The translations under genes were made by a program, and so were the position numbers. A DNA stretch of 62,814 nt, the filler included, from Collodictyon triciliatum (lineage: Eukaryota), in the NCBI GenBank assembly GCA_043381765.1. It is 6 parts of 6 records of this genome, joined end to end, with 100 filler letters (N's around TTAATTAATTAA, not from the genome) between each part and the next. Parts side by side here need not be neighbours in the genome. Positions count along the whole stretch, not along the records: positions 25,907 to 38,715 come from JBHJMP010002096.1; positions 38,816 to 51,615 come from JBHJMP010002097.1; 4 more parts are not named here. The stretch is one strand, 5' to 3'. How positions within the stretch are numbered: position 1 is the stretch's first letter; the number at the start of each line of letters is the position of its first letter. Positions 35,201 to 46,918 of the stretch are shown here, one piece after another. Under the pieces are notes generated by a model, which saw only the letters and a list, made by a program, of their open reading frames with translations, ran no database searches and was not told the DNA's origin.

Positions 35201-35310
35201 CTTCCGTCCTGAGTGGCAAAATCATAGAAAAACTTTGGTGCGTCAAACTCAAACTTTGGATCGACCTCGATGGACTTTCGCTTTTTTTCACCGCACGGAG
35301 GACGCAACAT
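32240..35310 (-). CDS. Disordered S/P/T-rich protein with a TPX2-like N-terminal motif; exon structure partly hidden by a gap
   Basis: The first exon has VDPKFEFDAPKFFYDF, resembling the TPX2 N-terminal (Y/F)EFDAP.F.DF motif, followed by a long basic low-complexity exon. No C-terminal TPX2 domain was recognised. Confidence 0.5.
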
Positions 35311-35852
35311 ATTCACTCTGACGCGTGGACAGTTTTGTGTCGCTGTGTGCTTTCAGGCGACCGAATAGTGTCGTTTAGTACAGCGCCGCTTTGACTAAAA
35401 GGCACAGGAGAGGATGCGCGGAGTGAGAAGAAGGATAGTTTGCCTTGAGAGAGAAGCGTGTGAATGGATTCGACTTTGATGAAGGGAGAGGAAGAGCGAA
35501 TGGTGTTGATGGAGCTCCACAGAGGATCCACGGCTGTTGGCAGAGCGGTTTATTTTATTTGTTTATTTATATTTTTTTTTTAAAAAAAAAAAAAAGTTGA
35601 ATGAAGCGTAAGATGTCTTGCAGTGGATTGGTGGCTGACAGAGCGGTTGCCAAACGATTAAATGCTTTCGTGGTTCGTGTTTGCGGTTCTTGATTCGATG
35701 ATTTGACTGGACATTGCCAAACCCCACACCAAAAAAAAATAATATTATCTCAACGGTCAGATTCCCGTTGCGCTTTCGAATCACTTATGGATCGATATAT
35801 TTGGAATATATGCCAATTGCTTATTCCTTACTTAATGGACTGATATTGTCTA

Positions 35853-35975
35853 CTAGAAGGGGTATACAATCTTTCGATTGGCAAACCTTGTCCGTTAGCA
35901 TCCAAAGTCTCGCCACTTTTTTCACAAAGATTGAGTAGTGGTGAACACTGCCAGGAAAGACCTAACAGCCTGATT
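35853..35975 (-). ncRNA. Candidate Fanzor omegaRNA scaffold, copy A
   Basis: Non-coding 3' end conserved with copy B. Four predicted stems, including GCTGTTAGG/CCTGGCAGT and CAATC-GAAA-GATTG. No expression evidence. Confidence 0.6.
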
Positions 35976-37849
35976 TTTTAAAGAGAGGTGTGTACATTTT
36001 TTGAAGGATTAAAAGAACTTTCTTGAGTATATTTTTAGCGCTGTTAAGTCCCTTGTCAAGAATACACTTTGCTTTCTGAGCGATTACATTCTTTACATAT
36101 GATACATCTAAACACTTTTTTCGTTTTTCCTTTCAGTTTCATATAATCCAGTTCTTTTTCGCAGTTGCAACACATCTTGGAGGTTCTAAATTACAATAAC
36201 TGCTTCAAAACGTTTGGATAGTATTTTTCGTAATCCCCTTCCGATTGTTGCCATAAAATGGTTGATCGGAGATTTTCTGCTCCAGTCTCCATACGCCAGT
36301 ACAACATCCTTGCCAAATGTCTTCTCGATTCCGTCCATAAACAATTCTTCACTTCTTTTTGTATTAAGATAATGCCTCTATATCATCTTTCGAAAAGTGA
36401 CGTGTTCATAAAATCTGGATAATTCTATCTGGTATCTTGATATCATAGATACACATTTTCGATATTTTTCATAATCAACTGTGCACGAATTATGTTTACT
36501 CAGTCCTGTCTCTAAATCGATTAAAGATATTCTTGATGTCTCAAACCACTGATTCTCTTCAAAAGTCATTTGACCAAAAGAAATAGCACTTTGTAAACCT
36601 GTTGCCATGCATATCCCTGAAGCGTTGTGCTTTTCTTTTTTTTCTCGCGCAAGAGTATTTTGTGTTTTTAAGAGATTTGCTATAGTGTCTTCTTTGGTGT
36701 AGTGTAACGTAATTTCTTACCTGCCTCATCCACCATGTAAACCAAATTAAACTTGCCTGCGTCCACTCCAACTATTATTTTTTTTTTGTCGCTAATAAAG
36801 ATAGTCGCTCTTCGGAAAGTTCATCTATATAAACATAGTCTTGGGTTTTTGATTATTATACTTGATTTTTGAATTTGAAATACCTTTCTTTTCAAACAAT
36901 AATGACACCGCCAAGCCGTCTGTTTGTATCATGTATTAAATATTGTAGTCTGTTTGAATACCCTCCTCTTCATTTCAAAAAACCTATCCCATAGGGTCTC
37001 TTTGCATCCTGATATATTAGTCTTTAATAATGATTTTTTTTCCAGTTGATACCAACATATCTGTCAAACATGCAGTATCTAGACTAATATGACATGGTAT
37101 ATTGGTAGTTCTTATGGGTATTTAGTTGAAACAGTTTGGTTCCAATGTCCTCAAAAATGCGATTCATGTAAATCAGACATGGAATGTACTTATTTGGATT
37201 GACTTTGACATCATGTTCGATACCATTTACAATATCGCTGGGAATGATATGATGCAAATGTATTGCAGCCCATTCTTTATATTGTTCCTTTATTTCGAGA
37301 TTCTTGAAGAAGTCTTTTTTAACTTTCGTAACTCCGCCTTTTTAATAGCTTCCGTAATGTTCTTGTCTTTAGGAACTGTTTGATTTATAAAGCGCAGAAA
37401 CCTCTTTACAAAATGACCCTTAATGTTATTATGATAAGCTGTTAACATTTGCTTCGCCAACTGCGGTAATACACGAGATAGTCCAACGAACGGAAAGCGT
37501 TCTTTCCGGGGCAAAATGAATCGAAAATCATTGATGTAAAAAGTCATCATGTCGTCTCTCATATCTGGATGTTTTAATATTGTGTGTCTATCTTGTGAAA
37601 CTATTCCGACTGTCTTTAAAGTGTACAAAAAAACATTTCATCGATTGTTGGGAGTTGTGATTTCAATATGTAGCATCTTGCAAACAGATAAGTGTCGGTA
37701 ACCAAATTATGACACAATAAAGCCGTATCGTTGATTTCGTCATAGTCATCGGGATTCTTTACAATCGACCTTGGAGATGCTTTCACATTTCGATAGTCTG
37801 GTTTTACAGACTTTACATTCTCAGACTCAAGACGTTTTCTTTTCTTCAT
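35962..37849 (-). pseudogene. Fanzor (TnpB-like RuvC nuclease, Fanzor1-type), frameshifted
   Basis: Fragments: MLTAYHNNIKGHFVKRFLRFIN, IQTDGLAVSLLF, RuvC-I VGVDAGKFNLVY, VVLAYGDWS...TIGRGLRK, FRTSKMCCNC...CKEC zinc finger, RuvC-III TRD..SAKNI. Multiple frameshifts and stops. Confidence 0.88.
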
Positions 37850-38715
37850 GTGAAAGTCTTTGTTTTACTTTTTTTTTCCTTTAGATAACCACCGATTTTT
37901 CAATTTGATAAAACTTTAGTCAAATAGTCAATTTAATATATAAAACAACTGCACAAAATCAATTCAGGTAAAATTAAGCATCTACCGAGACTTTCAAAAT
38001 GTGCGCATTGTGGCAAACAGACACGCAAAGATTTTTTACAAGTGATTTGAGATAAAATGATGAGAGTCGATTTGGCGAGCTCGAAAGGACGGCCATACGG
38101 CCATTTCGACTGAAAGTCAACATATCGGCCCCAAACAACACGATTACCGCCGCAAGTGTGGATAGTATGTTTTTTTGAAATGCATGTTTGGTGGCTGGTT
38201 TATAGGGTGGGTTCTTTCTGGGCCAAAGCAAGGGCTTGTTTGTAGTTTTGAATTTCTATGATATTATTACAAAATGGAAAATAAAATATAAATTGATTAC
38301 AGGAATATAATGAAAGATTATTAAGTATTTTTAACCTTATTATATATACTAATAATACTATTGTATTATTCAGGTTGTTTCTTGGATTCATCAATGCTCC
38401 TGCTTTTTTCAATCCAGATTTAATTCGATGGTTGTCTGTGCAATAAACTGCTATATCCGTGGGTACACTTTCGTTGTATAAAAAGTGGTGTGCTTTGAAA
38501 GGGGTAAACCCTAGTTCGTCACAACCTTTGTAATGAAGTTTATCCATTAACAGGCTGAATGAAATCGAGGAGAAAGGAGAAGGAAAAGGAGAAGGAGAAG
38601 GAGAAGGAGAAGGAGAAGGAAAAGGAAAAGGAAAAGGAAAAGGAAAAGGAAAAGGAAAAGGAAAAGGAAAAGGAAAAGGAAAAGGAAAAGGAAAAGGAAA
38701 AGGAAAAGGAAAAGG

Positions 38716-38815
38716 NNNNNNNNNNNNNNNNNNNNNNNNNNNNNNNNNNNNNNNNNNNNTTAATTAATTAANNNNNNNNNNNNNNNNNNNNNNNNNNNNN
38801 NNNNNNNNNNNNNNN
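38716..38815. other. Artificial contig-joining linker
   Basis: N-TTAATTAATTAA-N. Confidence 0.97.
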
Positions 38816-38987
38816 TTCCTTTCCTTTCCTTTCCTTTCCTTTCCTTTCCTTTCCTTTCCTTTCCTTTCCTTTCCTTTCCTTTCCTTTCCTTTCCTTTCCT
38901 TTTCTCTCCTTTCCTTTTCTCTCCCTCCGCCCTCCTCTACAGGACACACCAGTCACTAGCATACCCACTCACTCACTCACCCCACAG

Positions 38988-39071
38988 AGAATCGCCGAGC
39001 TGGAGGCTGAGAACGCCGCCCTCAAAGCCCGCGTCGCCGAACTGGAGCGCCTTGTCCCCGGCCACCACTAA
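38988..39071 (+). CDS. Terminal exon encoding a coiled coil (gene truncated by contig edge)
   Basis: CAG acceptor, then RIAELEAENAALKARVAELERLVPGHH*, with AATAAA downstream. Confidence 0.6.
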   Translation, partial: RIAELEAENAALKARVAELERLVPGHH

Positions 39072-39435
39072 ACACCTGGTGACGACCCACCCCTCTCCCT
39101 CAGTAATAAACCGGGTGCCTGTCCCTTCGCCGCGTACCTCCCTGCCCGCTCCCACTCACCCAAGGATTTTTTTTAATTAATTTATTTGTTTATCGTATGT
39201 ATATATCGCCCCCTCAAGCAAAGCGCTCTGTCTTTTGTTTCTTGCTTCTTCGCTTTGTTCCTGTGCCGGGGTGTATGTATTGTTGATACAGAAAGTGTTT
39301 GCTGGTTTGCGCAGTGCCCGGGGATTCAGTCTACACGGCCATCCTCTTTTCCTCCCACTCTCGACAGCCCAGTCCTCCCTCCCCAGGTTCCACCGTGCCT
39401 CCCTTTCAAATATATCGTAGCCGAGTCGCCACAGA

Positions 39436-42400
39436 TCAGACCCCCTCGCGCGCGGAGAGTGGGTGCGCAGCCAGGTCGTCGGTGCTGTCCTGCTGCCTGA
39501 CCGGGCTGAGTTCTTTCGCGCTGTGCAGCGGCATCCCATAGGCTGGTCCCAGTGGTCCGACTCTTGCCGGGATGCCTGCTGATGGATACGCCGGCTTCGG
39601 CATGGGAATTACACACCAAACAGGCGCGCAAGCAGAGACAAAAAAAAAAAGAAAAAGAAAAAAAAAAGGTAGGGGTGTGTGGAAGTGGCTGTCAGTTGCT
39701 GTTGGGTGGGTGCCAAACCAGCACAACATGGCAAATAAAGTGGTAGCGGCAATAGTTCGTGTGTGTACAAGGATGAAAACAGTAAAAATTGATGATGGAT
39801 ATGCGGGTGAACTTTAGGGCTACCTTCTTGTTCTTATTCTGCATCTCCGAGCCACGTAGTTCCTTGTTGGCTCCAAGACTCTCCATCGTATCACAGATGG
39901 AGCAGACGTGATGGTTTCTCCGCCAGTGCTGATTGCAAGCTGGGATAAATAGGGGTTGGAAATAGAGGGAAACAACAACAACGAATTAAATCATATTCTG
40001 AATGGCCATCAGTAAAAAAAAACTGTCATAGGTGGGTTCTCATAATAATTGGTTGTCAAGAACCACACCATTTTCTATATGCTAAACCAAAAAAGAATAA
40101 ACTTTCTTTTCTATCATCGTACCGTTGCAGAGATACTCGTCAACACCAAGGTACTTGCACAGGCGCTTCTTCTCTTGTCCACAAACAAAGCAAATTCGAG
40201 GTTGGTCAGGTCTCCGCTGTCCGTGAATGGCACCATTCCTGAATGAGTCACATCCTTCCATGACACTCTCGTCATGCACCCTCTCATTCATCTCAACACC
40301 CGTGTGCCTTCGGTTCATCACCACACGCACAGATGGTGTCATCAAATCAGGTCTCGGTTCTGCATCACCACCATCATTCTCATCATCGACTTCCTTCGGT
40401 GACTGCCCTAGCAGTGTTCCTTCTTCACCCACTTGCACTCTGTCTGATGTCCGTGTGTGCTTCGTCATTACGCTCCCTTTGGGGGACCCTCCCGATTTAT
40501 AATCTGCCTCAGAAAGTGTCCTCAAAACTGAACAAGACTCTTCATTCACAGTAGAGTGCACAACAGATTCACATGCATCCATACTCTCAACTATTGGTTG
40601 CGGTGTTGGGTTCATAGATGATACTACGGTGTTGCTTGCATGGCTCCGTCCACTCTGTTTTTCCAGCCTAGCCAAATCCGGCCTTCCGTAGGTGGATTGA
40701 AGGTTTGGTGCAGACATATTTCGATTGCAATCGTAACCTGCTAAGTTTTCATGTTTGTTATTTCCTCCTCCAGATAAAAAAAACAAACAAAAAACAAAAA
40801 ACAAAAAACAAAAAACAAAAAAACAAAAAAACAAACAAAAAATTAAATGTACCAACAGCTAGTATTTACATCGCTACAAAATATACATTATTTCCCTCCA
40901 TTCCCTTCTCAGTTGTGTGAAATCCATTACCATGATGTCGCTCAACTGTATCCCGGTGTCCATTCAGTCTAGGAGAGAAGCGAGCATATGGTGTTCTCGC
41001 ATGGAAAGCTGGAATCCCTTGCTCATACAATGGCGCATATTCGTTGGGTATGTAATGATTACGCCTTATAGGCTACATTTGATGATGGGTGAACAACAGG
41101 AAACACAATCGAGGATTCTTCTCAATGTACCATAAAATATAAGCTAAACAGTACAGCAGAGCACAATTAAACTGGTAAGATGATTCTATTCCAATATCTT
41201 CCTACCCTAGTGGGGCCTGATATCACCGATGCAGATGTCGCAGAGCTAGGGTGTGAGTGATATTGTATATTGGAGTCCTATGAAGCAGGCCGATATTACT
41301 TTCATTAAATACATGAGCTCAATGGTGGTATATCGAGACATATGATTGGACCTCATACATCAACAAAAATGATTCTTTTCTTTTTCTAGAAAAACTGGTA
41401 ATGATACCGAATCAACGGCAAAATAAAAAAAAATCAAATAGTTGAAAAAAACAAAAACAAAACAACACAAGTTTTCTTTTACCTCAAGATACATATCGTT
41501 GGGGTTGCGAGTGTGCGAATCTTGAAAGTTGCGCCGAGAATACATGGAACGCAAATACTGTTGGTAAAGCTCAGGCTCCAAGGATTGCCCCCGAGAGGTC
41601 GGATGATTACAAACTTTGGAGCATTGATGAATTGTATACATATCATTCGGACATGAAGAGGACGGCTTCATAAATTCTCTGTAGGAATTTTTAGCTCGCA
41701 TAGGGTATTCTTGAAGGGACTCATGAAGCAAATGGTCTGCATGGGCTTTTGGAAGCATGCTTTTGGTTTTCAAGCACCAAGCTAGCAGCATATCCCTGTC
41801 CCAAGTGGTTGGGTCTGACAGAGATATTTGCGGTAGGGTATTGCCGCTTTCGCTGCCAACAGACGACTGATGCACACCTGATGGCCTCATAAAAGACTGA
41901 GAATGTAAATGGGCCAAATGGCCATAGTCCATTCTCTCTGGCAATTGATGACTCAAAGTATATGCTATATCAGTTTGAGACAAAGATTTTGGCATTCGCA
42001 GAGGGCCATAATTGAGTGGATAGCCTTGCACCATATTTGGAGAATATTTTCTTGGTGTTTGCCAATCGTGTTGTTGATGTTGCTGCTCTTCAGGCATATG
42101 TGAAGAAGTTAAATGAGTGTCAGGATGAGCCCTTGGATGGCGATGTGACGGAGGTATGCTAAATGTGTGGGGATGGTGCGTGGAATGAGATTTTGATTTG
42201 AGGGGGGACTCTGCATCTTTCACTGGTTGTTGTATATGTTCTTCTCGGTCGGAACGTAAACACACAGGACAGTGTTGCTGTTGCTCCGCATCCCAATTCT
42301 GACAGACGGCACACTCACTGCTCTTAAAATGCTCTTGCCTTTTCTGCCCTTTAGAGTCCTACCGGGTATGAAAAATCATCATGGATATTGTCCGCCACCA

Positions 42401-43266
42401 TAGACTGGTCGTTGTTGGACTCGATGTCGAGATTTTCCAAAAAGAAATAAATTGGGGTCAACCCATTACAGATAAATATCATTATCATCTGATAATCAAA
42501 ATTCAAAAAGAGAGGAAAAAAAAAGGAGTATACATAGAGTAATAAACAACAAACATTTTTTTGGGTTTCTGAGTAGTTTTCGGACAAAATTCGCCGTATA
42601 TGGGGCGCTATTGTACCATAGTAATCTTAAAACTTCATACACTCTTTTTTTTTTTTTTTAATTATTATTGTTCGATTGCCCATATCGACATCATTCATTT
42701 TTATATTCAACTAGTATAAACAATGCATTTGAAAAAAAGGGGGAAAAAAACATACGAGGGCCGGCCCAGCTGGACTCCGAGGACGAACACGAATCCTCCA
42801 CACCTAATTCACTAGCATTTGTTCGAGCAACCTGTTTGGGCCTGTCAAGTCGAGTCATGACAGTAACACACGTGTCAGGCGTAGTTGAGCGCTGTATTCC
42901 GCCAATATCCGAGGTTTCCTTTGTGCCGGGGTGGGGATCCGATTGACTTGCAAGCACAGGGCGTTTCTCTGCGTCCAGCCTGTGCGCCGATTCAGGCTCG
43001 AGGCAACTCGTAGTGGGGTTGTTCTTTTCAGGAGAGATCAGAGTTGGTTCGCAAGAAGGGCGAATCTGAGAAACAACACCGGACTCCGTCTTTGTCTGGG
43101 GGGACGGCTGCATTTGGCCCAAAGGAGACACAACAGGCTGCGCATAAGAAAGCGGCTTCAGCGGGACAGAGACGGGCTTTGAGCCCTGAATTGTTGCGGC
43201 AAGGACAGACATGAGTGCAGCTGCCGCGTTCGAAGTTGGTCGTGGGTTTGCCGGGTTCGCGTCCAT
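39436..43266 (-). CDS. Large low-complexity protein with a C-terminal GATA-like zinc finger; termini uncertain
   Basis: Long open exons. A phase-1 splice gives CFVC-x17-CNACNQHWRRNHHVCSIC. Confidence 0.55.
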
Positions 43267-44029
43267 CAGGGTCAAACAGCTGTTTTCTGGGGAGTCCGCA
43301 AAGCATAAGGTGTTTGTTAGAGCCACCACAGCAGGGCGGGGTGAGGGAGGGGCGAGAAGTGAGGAGAGGATTCTGAGAGAGGCGCGTTCTGCGGGTCTGT
43401 GATTCATTACCGCCCTCGTTGAAAGGAATATGTGCTGTGGCATTGGTTGGCATTGTGTCCCGTGCTTTCTTTTTCTTTCCTGTTTGTTTCTTTTGTGTCG
43501 GTGGGGTTGGCTCATGTCTGCTTACGTCGTTGAGCGCCGATGACGCAAACCGGCTGTGACGTCATTTCCAATTGTGGAAAATACAGCATGTTCCGACAGC
43601 AGATGGAAAAGCCAGTGTTTTTTTTTTTCTTACATTCCCCCGGCCTTCTGCCAGCTCGCCGCCGTGATGTTACCACGAGCGCGCTGGGCGGTGGCGGAGG
43701 GGGTTGTATGGGTGGAAAATAGCAGGGCACGAAAGGCTTAAAAGCGTGAGCTGTTCAGTTGGCGAGGTTCTCAGTAGAAGCCAAGTGAACCTTGCTTGTG
43801 CGAAAATAAAATAAAATAAAATAAAATAAAATAAAATAAAATAAAATAAAATAAAATAAAATAAAATAAAATAAAATAAAATAAAATAAAATAAAATAAA
43901 ATAAAATAAAATAAAATAAAATAAAATACATGGTTGCATTTTTAAATCAACAAAGCACGTCTCGCTCCAGGTTTAAGGGTAGTACAAACAGAAGCCAAAG
44001 GAAACAAAAACAAATCCATACGGTAGGGC

Positions 44030-45755
44030 ATGCTCGGACAAACAAAACAGTTTATTCCTCTCTGGAAACAAAAAGCTGCGCGGTCTAGAGGGCTTTCTGG
44101 ACTTTCTCAAGCTCTATGGATGAGTGGGTTGTCCAGCAGATTAGGGGGACTGGGCGCTTCTACCACGAAACGCTTGGAAGAATCCCCATTGAGCCTTAGC
44201 CAGGTTTTGAAGAACCCACCCGACTTTCTCAGAGAACACAAAGATACACTAACAAAAGCCATCTCAACAGAGGTTTGTACAAAGAGACTCCTTTATGTTA
44301 TCTATGTTGTTTATCATTGTGATTATTATTGCTGGTTAATTAATCCTGTTTGTGAATGGCCCACATATGCTCCGTCAGAAAAAATGGAGACACAAGTAGA
44401 AGCTAACTGATACACTGCACTGACTCGACACATAGGAATGGATAATTATTGCAGCAGAGGCCTATGGATCAGGTAATTTTTCTGATTCGAGAAACGCTTT
44501 TGAAGAAACAATCACAAAGGAATCAAGTGGAAGCGCTGGGAAAGTTGGGCTTCTATTACTCGAGCTCGAGCACCCGTCGAGTTGCAATCTTATCACTCAC
44601 AAAATGATCCATGAGTCTATTCAAAGGGCAACATCTCAACCTCAATCGATAGAATATAGTACCATAGACCGTGCTATGGATACTTCTTTTAAGAAAAAGA
44701 CACCTACAGGATGCAAAACCGAATTGCAAGGAGCTAAAACAGCACCAGAGAAAACTATCTTGGAGGGGATTCAAGACTCAATTATCAATCTTCCTGAGAA
44801 GCAGCACACACAGGGAGAAAGTATAGTAAAAAAAGCTTTGGATCAGATTGGCACTTACAACCACAAAGACACTCAGGTCGAAGGATTTTTAACAGCCATG
44901 TTGGCCAGAATCATACAAGCTGGGCCCATGCGGGACACAGAAAGTGCACAAGGGTTGAATGCAAGAGCAGCAAACCTCGGAGCACCAGCCGGACTCTTTG
45001 GGGTTGCTGAAGGACTATTCAGAGGGCGGGGAGGCTCTGAAAGAAGCTTACCTGGCGCTTTCAAGATGTTTATGAAAGCAGCAGCGAGTGGACATGCGCA
45101 TGCTTTGGCGCAAACAGGTCACTGTTTTTCCACAGGTACGGGCTGCCCAAAGCCTGATTTGTCCGCTGCTTTGCGTTCGTATCGTGCAGCTGCGTTTCTT
45201 GGGGAGCATGTCGCACAGCTGAACTACGCTTTCTTTCTCGAGCATGGATGGGGTGGCGCTTCTGCAGACACTGAGGCAGCCGCATTTTGGTTTCATGAGG
45301 CTGCATCTTATGGCCTAACTGACGCCCAGCGAAACTATGGCAGGTTGATATTACCTCCATCATTGGTTACATTCGATAGCGACCCGGACCTTTCCCGGGT
45401 ATCGAATGCAGGAGGCCACGATAATGATGCAATCACTGAAGTGGCCTTAGAATGGCTTCATAAGGCTGCTAAGAGAGGCGATGATGATGCACTGGTACAC
45501 ATCGGCTCGATACTCTACACACGCGACCCTGCTTATTCCTTCGAATGCTTCAAAAAAGCTGCTAATCGCAACCATCTTGATGCGGAGTATCTTTACGGAA
45601 AAATTCTGTATTACGGCGCACCTCCTCATGTGAAAGTTGACATAGAACAAGCACTGCGCTGGCTACGTCGTGCAGCTATGCGCTCCCATCCAGGTGCTGC
45701 GTCCCTACTGAGCCAACATCGGGCTTTGACAGGAAATACAAACAATATGCAATAA
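44030..45755 (+). CDS. Sel1-like repeat protein (exons 44030-44272, 44436-45755)
   Basis: Repeats such as AFKMFMKAAASGHAHALAQTGHCFSTG, AAFWFHEAASYGLTDAQRNYG and AEYLYGKILYYG..VKVDIEQALRWLRRAA. Confidence 0.9.
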
Positions 45756-46918
45756 ACTGATTGATATTATTTTCAGTGTTTGTAACAAATAGCTCTACCA
45801 TCCTCATTCTTGTGACACAACAGGCAGGTGCTTAAGTGGTTCTCTTATCCATTTGCCTTGCTTATTGGGATTTTTAAGTTATAGCGAAAGGAATTTTGAC
45901 ANNNNNNNNNNNNNNNNNNNNNNNNNNNNNNNNNNNNNNNNNNNNNNNNNNNNNNNNNNNNNNNNNNNNNNNNNNNNNNNNNNNNNNNNNNNNNNNNNNN
46001 NNNNNNNNNNNNNNNNNNNNNNNNNNNNNNNNNNNNNNNNNNNNNNNNNNNNNNNNNNNNNNNNNNNNNNNNNNNNNNNNNNNNNNNNNNNNNNNNNNNN
46101 NNNNNNNNNNNNNNNNNNNNNNNNNNNNNNNNNNNNNNNNNNNNNNNNNNNNNNNNNNNNNNNNNNNNNNNNNNNNNNNNNNNNNNNNNNNNNNNNNNNN
46201 NNNNNNNNNNNNNNNNNNNNNNNNNNNNNNNNNNNNNNNNNNNNNNNNNNNNNNNNNNNNNNNNNNNNNNNNNNNNNNNNNNNNNNNNNNNNNNNNNNNN
46301 NNNNNNNNNNNNNNNNNNNNNNNNNNNNNNNNNNNNNNNNNNNNNNNNNNNNNNNNNNNNNNNNNNNNNNNNNNNNNNNNNNNNNNNNNNNNNNNNNNNN
46401 NNNNNNNNNNNNNNNNNNNNNNNNNNNNNNNNNNNNNNNNNNNNNAACTCAATATTCTTACAAGGATATTCATCTTCCACAACCCATCTAGCATGATGGT
46501 TTTTTTCTCCCGATTGGATGGTGCTCTTCTGGTAATCATAGTTTGTTCTTTCATCATAAGAAATTAATAGAAAAAAAAGAAAATGTATTGACGAAATATA
46601 CTGTGAATAGTCTTTTATCGTAGTAACCTCACTAATTTGGATCATAGCAATGATTTATTTGTTTATTCATCCATTCTAGAAGGTTGGAATACTATTAAAT
46701 GATAGTATTGAGAGTTACAACGATGCAAAGCTAGCAGCAAACAAAAAAACAAAAACAAAAACAAAAACAAAAACAAAAACAAAAACAAAAACAAAAACAA
46801 AAAGAAAAAGAAGAAAAAGAAAAAGAAAAAGAAAAAGAAAAAGAAAAAGAAAAAGAAAAAGAAAAAGAAAAAGAAAAAGAAAAAGAAAAAGAAAAAGAAA
46901 AAGAAAAAAGTAGTGCCG

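Larger units (their letters stand above)
35853..38261 (-). mobile_element. Non-autonomous Helitron-like element carrying Fanzor, copy A
   Basis: Homology to 52370-54946 starts and stops at these positions. The minus strand begins A|TCATAGAAATTCAAAAC and ends hairpin-CCCCTTCTAG|T. No TIR and no transposase ORF. Confidence 0.8.

Noticed and set aside
35851-35852. TA target-site duplication (Mariner-type) for the Fanzor element
   Set aside because: Copy A has TA on both sides, but copy B has AA at the 5' flank and no TIRs are visible. The Helitron-type reading is preferred, though more copies are needed.
38200-38547. 115-aa ORF overlapping the 5' end of Fanzor copy A as a candidate transposase
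   Set aside because: It lies mostly outside the element, is absent from copy B, and shows no HUH, serine-recombinase or DDE motif.
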